Source of the DNA: a virus
Taxonomy: Duplodnaviria > Caudoviricetes
Reading direction: 5' to 3' (one strand)
Virus record (IMG/VR): IMGVR_UViG_3300027813_000013
Coordinates: 1 to 60,343 of that record
Length of the DNA: 60,343 bases
Shown here one piece after another: positions 1-9,445 of this stretch. The notes beneath the pieces are model-generated. The model searched no databases and was not told where the DNA came from. It was given only the letters and a program-made list of their open reading frames with translations. How positions within the stretch are numbered: position 1 is the first letter of the stretch; the number at the start of each line of letters is the position of its first letter. The position numbers and the translations under genes are program-made.

Positions 1-336
1 ACGGACAGAAATTACAGTTACACGGACAGAAATTACAGTTACACGGACAGAAATTACAGTTACACGGACAGAAATTACAGTTACACGGACAGAAATTACA
101 GTTACACGGACAGAAATTACAGTTACACGGACAGAAATTACAGTTACACGGACAGAAATTACAGTTACACGGACAGAAATTACAGTTACACGGACAGAAA
201 TTACAGTTACACGGACAGAAATTACAGTTACATGGACAGAAATTACAGTCACAAGTACAATAGTTACAATCACAAGTACAATAGTTACAATCACATGGAC
301 AAAAATTACAGTCACATGGACAAAAATTACAGTCAC
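1..336. repeat. 21-bp coding tandem repeat: 11 identical units (1-231) plus 5 variant units (232-336)
   Basis: Unit acggacagaaattacagttac. On the minus strand each unit encodes C-[N/D]-C-N-[F/Y]-C-[P/T]. The variant units preserve all Cys codons. Confidence 0.95.
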
Positions 337-673
337 ATGGACATGCTACTTTCCATTCATCGAGTTTTGTTACCAGATCATCTATATGAGCGGCGGCTAT
401 TAAATCTCCGACACTTACAGCACCATAAGATAATGTTGGTGCAGGACTTGGTGGAGTTACACCATATAACTTATTTACTATTTCTCCACGTAATTCATTC
501 CAAATTGAGGCGGCAACAGGATCCACCATACTAGACCAAGATGAAGTTGCTATACTTCTTCTTGTAAATTCAGCATTTAATGAAGTTCTGCAAGTAGTTA
601 TGTCTGATTGTTCAATTAATGAACCAGATTGTGCTGGTAAACCAGTTAAATTGGTAGGACACGGCGAACCCAT
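1..673 (-). CDS. Cys-rich repeat protein, 3' end outside the window; not in the ORF track
   Basis: Hand translation from ATG at 673 (GGAG-N5-ATG): MGSPCPTNLTGLPAQSGSLIEQSDITTCRTSLNAEFTRR...VGDLIAAAHIDDLVTKLDEWKVACPCDCNFCPCDCNFCPCDCNYCTCDCNYCTCDCNFCPCNCNFCP... The frame stays open to the window edge and is on the same strand as the upstream fibre genes. Confidence 0.85.
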   Translation of the reverse strand, partial: MGSPCPTNLTGLPAQSGSLIEQSDITTCRTSLNAEFTRRSIATSSWSSMVDPVAASIWNELRGEIVNKLYGVTPPSPAPTLSYGAVSVGDLIAAAHIDDLVTKLDEWKVACPCDCNFCPCDCNFCPCDCNYCTCDCNYCTCDCNFCPCNCNFCPCNCNFCPCNCNFCPCNCNFCPCNCNFCPCNCNFCPCNCNFCPCNCNFCPCNCNFCPCNCNFCPCNCNFCP

Positions 674-765
674 TATATCTCCATAAGAAACATTTTATAC
701 TTTCAAAATCATACTGCTAATTAATAATACTTTGGTAAAGCTGTGGACATATATTATATATATTA

Positions 766-3700
766 TCATACTTTTACTTCAACAAATCCCGCATTACTAT
801 TAGATAATGCTATTCCAATTAAATCGTGTTTATGAGGCGTATATTCGTATTTAGTTATAACTTTTCCAGTTCCATCATTATAAGCTATAATAAGGTCTCC
901 TTTGTTACATCCTCCCTCGATCTTAACAAATATTCTACCTGTCAAACAAATGAAAATCATATATTCATTTTCTCTTTGTTTCGCACCATCATTCATTCTC
1001 AATCCAGGTTTGTCTGAAACAACACCAGCATAGGGCATTTCAGCTTGATACAAAGTAACTTCTTTTGTTCCTCCAATTGCTAAAACAGTTCCTGGATCAT
1101 AGATTTCATCAGATTCATATCTCTCGGCCAAGTCAGACCAGTTTGCTGATGTCGCTCTTCCATTAAATGTAACTGCATACATGTCATTATACACCATTGT
1201 TGATGTACCAATATCATGCGTATTATTTGCGACAGGAACAATAGCTACTGTTGTCATTGTTCCTTCAAAACCAGAAGTTCCGTGTGTTCTTAAATTTGCT
1301 ACTCCAGTTGCACCACTTGAAGAGTAAATTGGGAAATTCATAGCTAATTGAGTTGGAGTTGTAACATCATCTACAAGAAATCCAGAATACGCTCCAAGAG
1401 TAGTTGATGTTGCATAATATTGAACATATCCAGCGGCTCCTGCTGGGAAACTTCCATCTAGACCAGCACTTCCTGATGTACCAGCAGAACCAGCACTTCC
1501 AGCACTTCCAGAAGAACCAGATGAAGCATAAGTTAATCCAGAAGATCCCGAAGTACCAGAAGATCCTTCTCCAAAAGTTAATGCCGCCCAGCCTGTTTGC
1601 GGTCCCTCAAAAACAATTTTTACAGTATTTGAATCTATATACCGAGTTGATTCTGGTACAATTACATCATAATTAGAATCTACAACTTCTATATTTAATG
1701 GTCTAGTTCCTAAATTATGATTTATCAACCAAACAAGGGATGATGCGGCCTGAGTATGAATAAAAGAACCACCGTCTTGTCCAGATGATCCTGCACTTCC
1801 TGCAGAACCAGAAGATCCAGCAGAACCAGATGATCCAGCACTTCCAGAAGTTCCTGCAGTTCCTGCAGAACCAGCACTTCCTGCGCTTCCAGTAGAGCCA
1901 GATGAAGCATAAGTTAATCCAGAAGATCCCGAAGTACCGGAAGATCCTTCTCCAAAAGTTATTGCGGCATAGCCTGCTTGTGAAGTAGGAAAGATTATTT
2001 TTACAGTATTAGAATCTATGTATTGAGTTGATTCTGGAAAAATTACATTGTAATTGGTATCTACAACTTCAATATTTACAGGTCGTGTATTAAGATTGTA
2101 AGGTATCAACCAAACAAGTGCAGGCGTAGATTGTGTATGAATATAAGAACCGCCGTCTGATCCAGAGGATCCAGCAGTTCCACCGGTTCCAGAAGTTCCA
2201 TCTACGCCAGACGATCCTGCACTTCCAGCACTTCCAGCAGAGCCAGCACTTCCTGAACTTCCAGCAGAACCAGACGAACCAGCAGAACCAGAAGTTCCTG
2301 ATGTACCAGCATCACCAGTTCTTGCAAATGTAACGATTATTCTATCATCATCAGCAAAGAATGTATTTTGTCCTGCGATTTTTGAAACTTCTATTTCTTG
2401 AAAATCTGTTTCATTAGTAACCTCTGAAATTGTAAACATTACAAATTCAGAAGAAGCGCCTTTTTTAGATAATTTTATATGACCCTTAATCGCAGAAGTT
2501 GCTCCCTCCACTTGGTCTAAAAAATCTGAAGTTGATGTTCCGTTTACATCAGCTTCGCTTATAGAAATTCTGTCAACCAATGCCATACTTGTGGGAGCAG
2601 TTCCAGTATCAATTCCTACTTCAAGCCTACCAGCACCTGGATCACTTGCGGCTCCTGTAAATCCTGTAACTTCAAAATCATATTCGAAAGATGCACCACC
2701 AAAAGTTCCTGATGTACCAGCACTTCCTGATGTACCAGCACTTCCTGCGCTTCCAGCACTTCCAGCAGAGCCAGCAGATCCAGCACTTCCAGCAGAACCA
2801 GCAGAGCCAGATGAAGCATATGTTAGTCCAGAAGATCCTGCGCTACCTGCAGAGCCAGCACTTCCTGCACTTCCAGAAGATCCAGCAGAACCAGCAGATC
2901 CAGCACTTCCAGATGATCCTGCAGAGCCTGAACTTCCTGCAGATCCAGCACTTCCAGCAGAACCAGAACTTCCAGCACTTCCTGTGCTACCAGCAGAACC
3001 AGAACTTCCTGCAGAGCCAGAAGATCCAGCAGAACCAGAAGATCCAGCACTTCCTGCGCTACCAGCACTACCTGCGCTTCCAGCAGAGGCATAAGTCAAT
3101 CCAGAAGATCCTGCAGAACCAGCACTTCCTGCGCTTCCAGAAGATCCAGCACTTCCTGCAGATCCAGCACTTCCAGCAGAACCAGAACTTCCAGCACTTC
3201 CTGTGCTACCAGCAGAACCAGAACTTCCTGCAGAGCCAGAAGATCCAGCAGAACCAGAACTTCCTGCAGAGCCAGAAGATCCAGCACTTCCTGCGCTTCC
3301 AGCAGAACCAGCACTTCCTGCACTTCCAGAAGAACCAGAAGTTCCTGTAGTTCCAGAAGATCCAGATGAAGCATATGTTAGTCCAGAAGTTCCAGCAGAA
3401 CCAGAAGTTCCTTCTCCAAAAGTTACTGCAACATATCCTGCTTGTGCGGTAGTAAAAATTATTTTTATATTACTTGAATCAATAAATTGGGTTGATTCAG
3501 GAAAAAGCATATTGTAATTAGAATCTACAACTTCTATATTTACAAGTCTATTTCCTAAAGCATGATTTACTAGCCAAACAAGTGCAGGCGTAGATTGTGT
3601 ATGAATAAAAGAACCACCATCTCGTCCAGATGATCCTGCAGAACCAGCAGAACCAGCACTTCCAGATGATCCAGCACTTCCTGCGCTTCCTGCAGAACCA

Positions 3701-5373
3701 GAACTTCCTGCAGAGCCAGAAGATCCAGCAGAACCAGATGAACCAGCACTTCCAGCAGAGCCAGCACTTCCAGAAGATCCAGATGAAGCATATGTTAGTC
3801 CAGAAGAACCCGCAGATCCAGCACTTCCAGCAGAACCAGCAGATCCAGCACTTCCAGATGATCCCGCAGAGCCTGAACTTCCTGCAGAGCCAGCACTTCC
3901 AGCAGAACCAGAACTTCCTGCGCTTCCAGCAGAACCAGCACTTCCTGCGCTACCTGCAGAGCCAGCACTTCCTGCGCTACCGGAACTTCCAGCAGAACCA
4001 GATGTTCCTGAAGTTCCAGATGTACCAGCATCACCAGCCCTTGCAAATGTAACAACTATATCTTCATCATCTGCAAAAAAAGCATCATTTCCACCAACTT
4101 TTGAAACTTCTATCTCTTGAAAATCTGTGTAATTAGTAACCTCTGAAATTGTAAATATTACATATTCACTTGAAACTAATCTTCGATGAATTCTTACATG
4201 ACCTTTAATCGCAGAACTTGCTGTTTGTACTTGAGTTAAAAAACTTTCAGTTGATGTTCCATTTACATCTACTTCACTTATAGAAATTCTATCAACTGTA
4301 GAAAAATCAGTAGGCGCAGATCCAGTATCAATTCCTACTTCAACTCTACCAGCACCAGGATCACTTGCGGCGCCTGTAAATGTCGTAACTTCAAAATCAT
4401 ATTCGAAAGATGCACCACCAAAAGTACCATCTAATCCAGAAGATCCCGAAGTACCAGCACTTCCTGCAGAACCAGCAGATCCAGCAGATCCTGCGCTTCC
4501 AGCAGATCCAGCAGAGCCAGCACTTCCTGCACTTCCAGAAGAACCAGAAGTTCCTGCAGAGCCAGAAGATCCAGCACTTCCAGCAGAACCAGCACTTCCT
4601 GCGCTTCCAGCAGATCCAGCAGAGCCAGCACTTCCTGCACTTCCAGAAGAACCAGAAGTTCCTGCAGAGCCAGAAGATCCAGCACTTCCAGCAGAACCAG
4701 CACTTCCTGCGCTTCCTGCAGATCCAGCACTTCCAGCAGAACCAGCACTTCCTGCACTTCCCGAAGAACCAGCACTTCCAGAAGATCCAGATGAAGCATA
4801 TGTTAGTCCAGACGATCCAGATGTTCCAGAACTTCCTTCTCCAAAAGTTATTGCCGCCCATCCGGCTGTTGCCGTAGAAAATATTATTTTTACATTATTT
4901 GAATCTATGTATTGAGTTGATTCTGGAAAAATTACATTGTAATTGGTATCTACAACTTCAATATTTACGGGTCTAGTATTTAAATTATAAGGTATTAACC
5001 AAACAAGTGCAGGCGTAGATTGTGTATGAATAAAAGAACCACCATCTTGTCCAGATGATCCAGCACTTCCTGCGCTACCAGCAGAACCAGCACTTCCAGC
5101 AGAACCAGCAGATCCAGATGAAGCATAAGTCAATCCCGAAGATCCTGCACTACCTGCAGAGCCAGCAGATCCAGCACTTCCTGAACTTCCAGCAGAACCA
5201 GACGAACCAGCAGAACCAGACGAACCAGCAGAACCAGATGAACCAGCGGAGCCAGCACTTCCAGAAGATCCAGTACTTCCAGCAGAACCAGCACTTCCTG
5301 CAGAACCTGAAGAGTTGTTCAGATAAGTTTTTATACTAAATTCAGCGTGTTCGCCTTTAAGAAATAATGCCAT
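766..5373 (-). CDS. Modular collagen-like (Gly-Ser-Ala/Gly-Ser-Ser) fibre protein with C-terminal chaperone/peptidase-G2-like domain
   Basis: Long G-X-Y tracts; 4 copies of a HTQ..VW...HNL..RP.N.EVVD module; 2 copies of a FGGASFEYDF..DPGAG module. The C-terminus SDLAERYESDEIYDPGTVLAIGG..GVVSDKPG..ICLTGRI.VK resembles intramolecular chaperone domains of phage fibres. Confidence 0.75.
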   Translation of the reverse strand: MALFLKGEHAEFSIKTYLNNSSGSAGSAGSAGSTGSSGSAGSAGSSGSAGSSGSAGSSGSAGSSGSAGSAGSAGSAGSSGLTYASSGSAGSAGSAGSAGSAGSAGSSGQDGGSFIHTQSTPALVWLIPYNLNTRPVNIEVVDTNYNVIFPESTQYIDSNNVKIIFSTATAGWAAITFGEGSSGTSGSSGLTYASSGSSGSAGSSGSAGSAGSAGSAGSAGSAGSAGSAGSAGSSGSAGTSGSSGSAGSAGSAGSAGSAGSAGSAGSAGSSGSAGTSGSSGSAGSAGSAGSAGSAGSAGSAGSAGSAGTSGSSGLDGTFGGASFEYDFEVTTFTGAASDPGAGRVEVGIDTGSAPTDFSTVDRISISEVDVNGTSTESFLTQVQTASSAIKGHVRIHRRLVSSEYVIFTISEVTNYTDFQEIEVSKVGGNDAFFADDEDIVVTFARAGDAGTSGTSGTSGSAGSSGSAGSAGSAGSAGSAGSAGSAGSSGSAGSAGSAGSSGSAGSSGSAGSAGSAGSAGSAGSSGLTYASSGSSGSAGSAGSAGSSGSAGSSGSAGSSGSAGSAGSAGSSGSAGSAGSAGSSGRDGGSFIHTQSTPALVWLVNHALGNRLVNIEVVDSNYNMLFPESTQFIDSSNIKIIFTTAQAGYVAVTFGEGTSGSAGTSGLTYASSGSSGTTGTSGSSGSAGSAGSAGSAGSAGSSGSAGSSGSAGSSGSAGSSGSAGSTGSAGSSGSAGSAGSAGSAGSSGSAGSAGSAGSSGLTYASAGSAGSAGSAGSAGSSGSAGSSGSAGSSGSAGSTGSAGSSGSAGSAGSAGSSGSAGSSGSAGSAGSAGSSGSAGSAGSAGSAGSSGLTYASSGSAGSAGSAGSAGSAGSAGSAGSAGTSGSAGTSGTFGGASFEYDFEVTGFTGAASDPGAGRLEVGIDTGTAPTSMALVDRISISEADVNGTSTSDFLDQVEGATSAIKGHIKLSKKGASSEFVMFTISEVTNETDFQEIEVSKIAGQNTFFADDDRIIVTFARTGDAGTSGTSGSAGSSGSAGSSGSAGSAGSAGSAGSSGVDGTSGTGGTAGSSGSDGGSYIHTQSTPALVWLIPYNLNTRPVNIEVVDTNYNVIFPESTQYIDSNTVKIIFPTSQAGYAAITFGEGSSGTSGSSGLTYASSGSTGSAGSAGSAGTAGTSGSAGSSGSAGSSGSAGSAGSSGQDGGSFIHTQAASSLVWLINHNLGTRPLNIEVVDSNYDVIVPESTRYIDSNTVKIVFEGPQTGWAALTFGEGSSGTSGSSGLTYASSGSSGSAGSAGSAGTSGSAGLDGSFPAGAAGYVQYYATSTTLGAYSGFLVDDVTTPTQLAMNFPIYSSSGATGVANLRTHGTSGFEGTMTTVAIVPVANNTHDIGTSTMVYNDMYAVTFNGRATSANWSDLAERYESDEIYDPGTVLAIGGTKEVTLYQAEMPYAGVVSDKPGLRMNDGAKQRENEYMIFICLTGRIFVKIEGGCNKGDLIIAYNDGTGKVITKYEYTPHKHDLIGIALSNSNAGFVEVKV

Positions 5374-5693
5374 TAAATACTCGTATAACTAATTACCACT
5401 GAAACTTTGTTTATTGTATCAGCAATTGCTTGAATAGTGTCACTTGCACCCATCAAGATTCTCTCGCTTCCAAAAGCAAAAGTATCAGTTGCATTTATTG
5501 TTAATTCCTTCATTATCGTATGTTCATCACCCAAAGTGTCGCCACTAGGAACAATCCATACCGTTACATCTATATTTGAAGCATCTGTATTACAAAAAAA
5601 TATTGTTGTAACAGCAGATTCTCCTGATGAAGTATAAACCGTAGTAGGAGTTGCGGATGATGTACTCGCTATTAAATTTGTTTCGATTGACAT
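5373..5693 (-). CDS. Small beta-rich virion protein, putative fibre adaptor
   Basis: 106 aa with the pattern TTVYT..V.TIFFCN..V.VWIV..I.K...I common in marine phage fibre clusters. It is translationally coupled to both neighbouring fibre genes. Confidence 0.55.
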   Translation of the reverse strand: MSIETNLIASTSSATPTTVYTSSGESAVTTIFFCNTDASNIDVTVWIVPSGDTLGDEHTIMKELTINATDTFAFGSERILMGASDTIQAIADTINKVSVVISYTSI

Positions 5694-5694
5694 A

Positions 5695-8600
5695 TTAGAA
5701 TATTAATCCATAAGTTATTGCTTTTTTGCGTGAAACTAATTCATCGGGATCATCAGTTCCTTGTCTAAAATATATACCTGTTCCTCCTGCCCCCGAAGAA
5801 CTTGAAAAAACTGCAGATTGACCCGCAGACAAAGTAGGTTTATTTCCAGAAACATCATCTCTTTGAGACATCTGTACAAATCCAGTTGTTCCGCTTGTAC
5901 CTACCAAAAATGTTTTACCAGTCACGCTTAATTCATTACCATCAAATGTTAAATTTGCTTCTGCATCACCAGTAATAGTATCAGCATTAATAGAAATTAA
6001 ACGATCTTCTGCAGAATTATTTAGGTGTAAAAGCCCAGACGATCCTGCGCTTCCTGCGCTTCCTGCGCTTCCTGCGCTTCCAGAAGATCCAGATGAAGCA
6101 TATGTTAGTCCAGAAGATCCTGCAGTTCCAGAAGATCCTGAAGTTCCTTCTCCATAAGTTAATGCGACATATCCTTTTATCGCAGAAGTAAATACTATTT
6201 TTACAGTATTATTGTCTATAAATTGAATTGATTCTGGATAAATTGAATTATACCACTCATCCGTAACTTCTACATTTACAACTCTCAATCCTAAATTATG
6301 GGGTATTACCCAAGCCGCTGAAGCTACAGTTTGTGAATGTAAAAAAGAACTACCATCTTGTCCAGATGATCCAGCACTTCCTGCAGAACCAGCACTTCCT
6401 GCGCTTCCAGCAGATCCAGAAGATCCAGATGAAGCATAAGTTAGTCCAGACGATCCAGAACTTCCAGATGTACCAACATCACCAGTTCTTGCAAATGTAA
6501 CAACTATGTCTTGATTGTCAGGAAAAAATGCATTTTGTCCACCAATTTTTGAAACTTCTATTTCATGAAAGTCTGTTAGATCAGTAACCTCCGAAATCGT
6601 AAACATTACATATTGATCATGCTCTGATTTTTGATGAAGTCTTACATGTCCTCTAATCGCAGAAGATGATGTTGCTACTTGCTGTAAAAAACTCTCTGTT
6701 GATGTTCCGTTTACATCAGATTCGCTTATAGAAATTCTGTCAACTGTAGAAAAATCTGTTGGAGCAGTTCCAGTATCAATTCCTACTTCAACTCTACCAA
6801 CACCAGGATCACTTGGAGCTCCTGTAAACGATGTATTTTCAAAATCATATTCGAAAGCCGCCCCACCAAAAACACCATCTTGTCCAGATGATCCTGAACT
6901 TCCTGCAGAACCAGAACTTCCAGATGAGCCAGCACTTCCTGCGCTTCCTGCAGAGCCAGAACTTCCAGCAGAACCAGAACTTCCAGCAGAGCCAGAACTT
7001 CCAGCAGAACCAGATGAACCAGCACTTCCTGCACTTCCTGCGCTTCCAGTAGAGCCAGCAGAGCCAGAACTTCCAGCAGAACCAGAACTTCCAGCAGAAC
7101 CAGATGAACCAGCACTTCCTGCAGAACCAGCAGAACCAGCGGAGCCAGCACTTCCAGCAGAGCCAGCAGAGCCAGATGAAGCATAAGTTAATCCAGAAGA
7201 TCCAGATGTTCCAGAACTTCCTTCTCCAAAAGTTAATGCCGCCCAACCAGAAATTGTAGAAGCAAAGATTATTTTTACATTATTTGAATCTATATAATTA
7301 ACTGATTCTGGATAAATTACATCATAATTGCTATTGACAACTTCAAGATTTATCGGTCTAGTTCCTAAATTGTGATTTATCAACCAAACATTGGAGGCTA
7401 CAGCTTGAGTATGAATAAAAGAACCACCATCTTGTCCAGAAGATCCTGCACTTCCTGCAGATCCAGCACTTCCAGATGAGCCAGAAGATCCGGTCAGTCC
7501 TGTTGTTCCTGAACTACCAGCAGATCCAGAAGAACCAGATGAAGCATATGTTAGTCCAGAAGATCCTGCAGATCCAGATGAAGCATATGTTAGTCCAGAC
7601 GATCCAGAAGATCCAGTAGAACCAGAAGTTCCAGAATCACCAGTTCTCGCAAATGATGCAACAAGTTCAGTATTGTTTTGAAAATTATTTAATGAAGAGT
7701 CTAAAAATGTAACATTTACATAATACCATGAAGGATTTGTAGTGTCAAATCCATTGATACCATATAAGAAAAAATCTTCAGGAGCTGATTTATCATAAAC
7801 CCGAAAATGGCCTTTTGGATCACTAAAAGCAACATCATCGATTGTCTGTAAGAAAGAATCTATTGTTGTACCATCTTGATCGGTATCACTTATTCTTAAT
7901 CTATTAGCAGTATTGGGATATGTAAAAGTACCAGAAGTTAATGTAAATGCTAATTTACCTGTGCCTGGATCATCCGTTGATTGATCTGTATTATAACGAT
8001 ATGCAAATGAAGCACCGCCAAAACCGCCATCTTGTCCAGATGATCCTGAAGTACCAACTGTACCAGAACTTCCTGAAGTTCCTGAACTTCCATCTGAACC
8101 AGAAGATCCAGCACTTCCTGCAGAACCAGCACTTCCTGCGCTTCCAGCAGATCCAGAACTTCCAGTAGAACCAGACGATCCAGCACTTCCTGAGATACCA
8201 GAAGAACCAGCAGAACCAGCACTTCCTGCGCTTCCAGCACTTCCCGAAGAACCAGAAGTTCCGTCTAATCCAGATGATCCCGCACTTCCTGCAGAACCAG
8301 CACTTCCAGCAGATCCAGAACTTCCAGCAGAACCAGACGATCCAGCACTTCCTGAGCTACCAGCACTTCCAGCAGAGCCAGCACTTCCTGCAGAGCCAGC
8401 AGAACCAGCACTTCCTGCAGAACCAGCACTTCCTGCGCTTCCCGAAGAACCAGATGAAGCATATGTTAGTCCAGAAGAGCCTGCAGTTCCAGAAGACCCT
8501 GAAGTTCCAGAAGATCCTTCTCCAAAAGTTACTGAACACCAACCTGCAACAGAAGAATCAAATATTATTTTTACATTATTAGAATCTGTAAATTGAATAG

Positions 8601-9420
8601 TTTCTGGGACAATTACATTGTAATTAGAATCTACAACTTCAATATTTAAAGGTCTAACGCCTAAATTGTGATTTATTAACCAGACAAATGATGCTATAGA
8701 TTGAGTATGAATATGAGAACCACCATCTTGTCCAGACGATCCCGCACTTCCAGAAGTTCCTGTAGATCCAGCAGATCCAGATGAAGCATAAGTTAAACCC
8801 GAAGACCCAGAAGTTCCAGCAGTTCCAGCAGATCCAGAAGTTCCTGTATCTCCAGAAGAGCCAGAAGTTCCATGAGTACCTAAAAATGATCCATCAACTC
8901 CAGATGAACCCGCAGATCCCGAAGAAGTATCTCCTCCTCCGCCACCTCCAGATTCGCCCCAACCACTTCCTCCAGCTACTCTTTGTGCAGTTTGAGTGGC
9001 TTTTTTGCTAACTTTCTTAACAACTGCTTTGAAATTATCTAACTCTTTTGCAAGTTTAGTTACATCAGCATCATCACCTGGTTCTCCCTGGTCTCCTTTT
9101 GGACCTATAGGACCAGTATCTCCTAGCTCCCCCTTAGGACCCAGAACACCCTGTGGACCAATTCTTCCTGCTTCTCCTGCTTCTCCTTTAGAGCCTGCTT
9201 CTCCTGCAGAGCCCTGTTCACCCTTTTCGCCCTTGGATCCTTCAGTACCCTTAATCTCAAGAACTTTGACTTTTTCACCAGTAACAGGATCTAAAATTTC
9301 TTTTACACCCTCAACCAGTTCGTCTTTAGTCTTTTTTAATTGTTTTTTAGTATAAGCAAGAGAAGTTGCTAGAACCTTACTTAAATCTAAGTCTTTAGAC
9401 TCTTTTTGATCATCTTTCAT
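5695..9420 (-). CDS. Modular collagen-like fibre protein
   Basis: N-terminal helix, a classical collagen tract ([13 protein letters not shown]...[13 protein letters not shown]), then GSA/GSS tracts with 3 HTQ/HSQ modules and 2 FGGA(S/A)F modules. It ends in hydrophobic KAITYGLIF. Confidence 0.75.
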   Translation of the reverse strand: MKDDQKESKDLDLSKVLATSLAYTKKQLKKTKDELVEGVKEILDPVTGEKVKVLEIKGTEGSKGEKGEQGSAGEAGSKGEAGEAGRIGPQGVLGPKGELGDTGPIGPKGDQGEPGDDADVTKLAKELDNFKAVVKKVSKKATQTAQRVAGGSGWGESGGGGGGDTSSGSAGSSGVDGSFLGTHGTSGSSGDTGTSGSAGTAGTSGSSGLTYASSGSAGSTGTSGSAGSSGQDGGSHIHTQSIASFVWLINHNLGVRPLNIEVVDSNYNVIVPETIQFTDSNNVKIIFDSSVAGWCSVTFGEGSSGTSGSSGTAGSSGLTYASSGSSGSAGSAGSAGSAGSAGSAGSAGSAGSAGSSGSAGSSGSAGSSGSAGSAGSAGSAGSSGLDGTSGSSGSAGSAGSAGSAGSSGISGSAGSSGSTGSSGSAGSAGSAGSAGSAGSSGSDGSSGTSGSSGTVGTSGSSGQDGGFGGASFAYRYNTDQSTDDPGTGKLAFTLTSGTFTYPNTANRLRISDTDQDGTTIDSFLQTIDDVAFSDPKGHFRVYDKSAPEDFFLYGINGFDTTNPSWYYVNVTFLDSSLNNFQNNTELVASFARTGDSGTSGSTGSSGSSGLTYASSGSAGSSGLTYASSGSSGSAGSSGTTGLTGSSGSSGSAGSAGSAGSSGQDGGSFIHTQAVASNVWLINHNLGTRPINLEVVNSNYDVIYPESVNYIDSNNVKIIFASTISGWAALTFGEGSSGTSGSSGLTYASSGSAGSAGSAGSAGSAGSAGSAGSSGSAGSSGSAGSSGSAGSTGSAGSAGSAGSSGSAGSSGSAGSSGSAGSSGSAGSAGSAGSSGSSGSAGSSGSSGQDGVFGGAAFEYDFENTSFTGAPSDPGVGRVEVGIDTGTAPTDFSTVDRISISESDVNGTSTESFLQQVATSSSAIRGHVRLHQKSEHDQYVMFTISEVTDLTDFHEIEVSKIGGQNAFFPDNQDIVVTFARTGDVGTSGSSGSSGLTYASSGSSGSAGSAGSAGSAGSAGSSGQDGSSFLHSQTVASAAWVIPHNLGLRVVNVEVTDEWYNSIYPESIQFIDNNTVKIVFTSAIKGYVALTYGEGTSGSSGTAGSSGLTYASSGSSGSAGSAGSAGSAGSSGLLHLNNSAEDRLISINADTITGDAEANLTFDGNELSVTGKTFLVGTSGTTGFVQMSQRDDVSGNKPTLSAGQSAVFSSSSGAGGTGIYFRQGTDDPDELVSRKKAITYGLIF

Positions 9421-9445
9421 TTATATCTCTGCACCCACCTGAGGA

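Noticed and set aside
1-336. CRISPR array or origin iterons
   Set aside because: Units are contiguous with no spacers, have a length divisible by three, and vary in a codon-preserving way on the minus strand.
232-534. Plus-strand 100-aa ORF (MDRNYSH repeats)
   Set aside because: Antisense shadow of the Cys-repeat gene, which has the RBS and the operon orientation.
674-765. AT-rich intergenic region as promoter or terminator
   Set aside because: No exact late-promoter box, and only a very weak hairpin.
1404-9355. Many overlapping ORFs rich in Q/H/F, L/V/E, PAEP or C/W/K
   Set aside because: Alternate-frame and antisense by-products of the 9-bp GSA periodicity; no RBS or independent signal.
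766-9420. Diversity-generating retroelement or invertase shufflon acting on the fibre repeats
   Set aside because: No reverse transcriptase or recombinase in the window, all modules are in direct orientation, and I saw no adenine-specific mismatch pattern.
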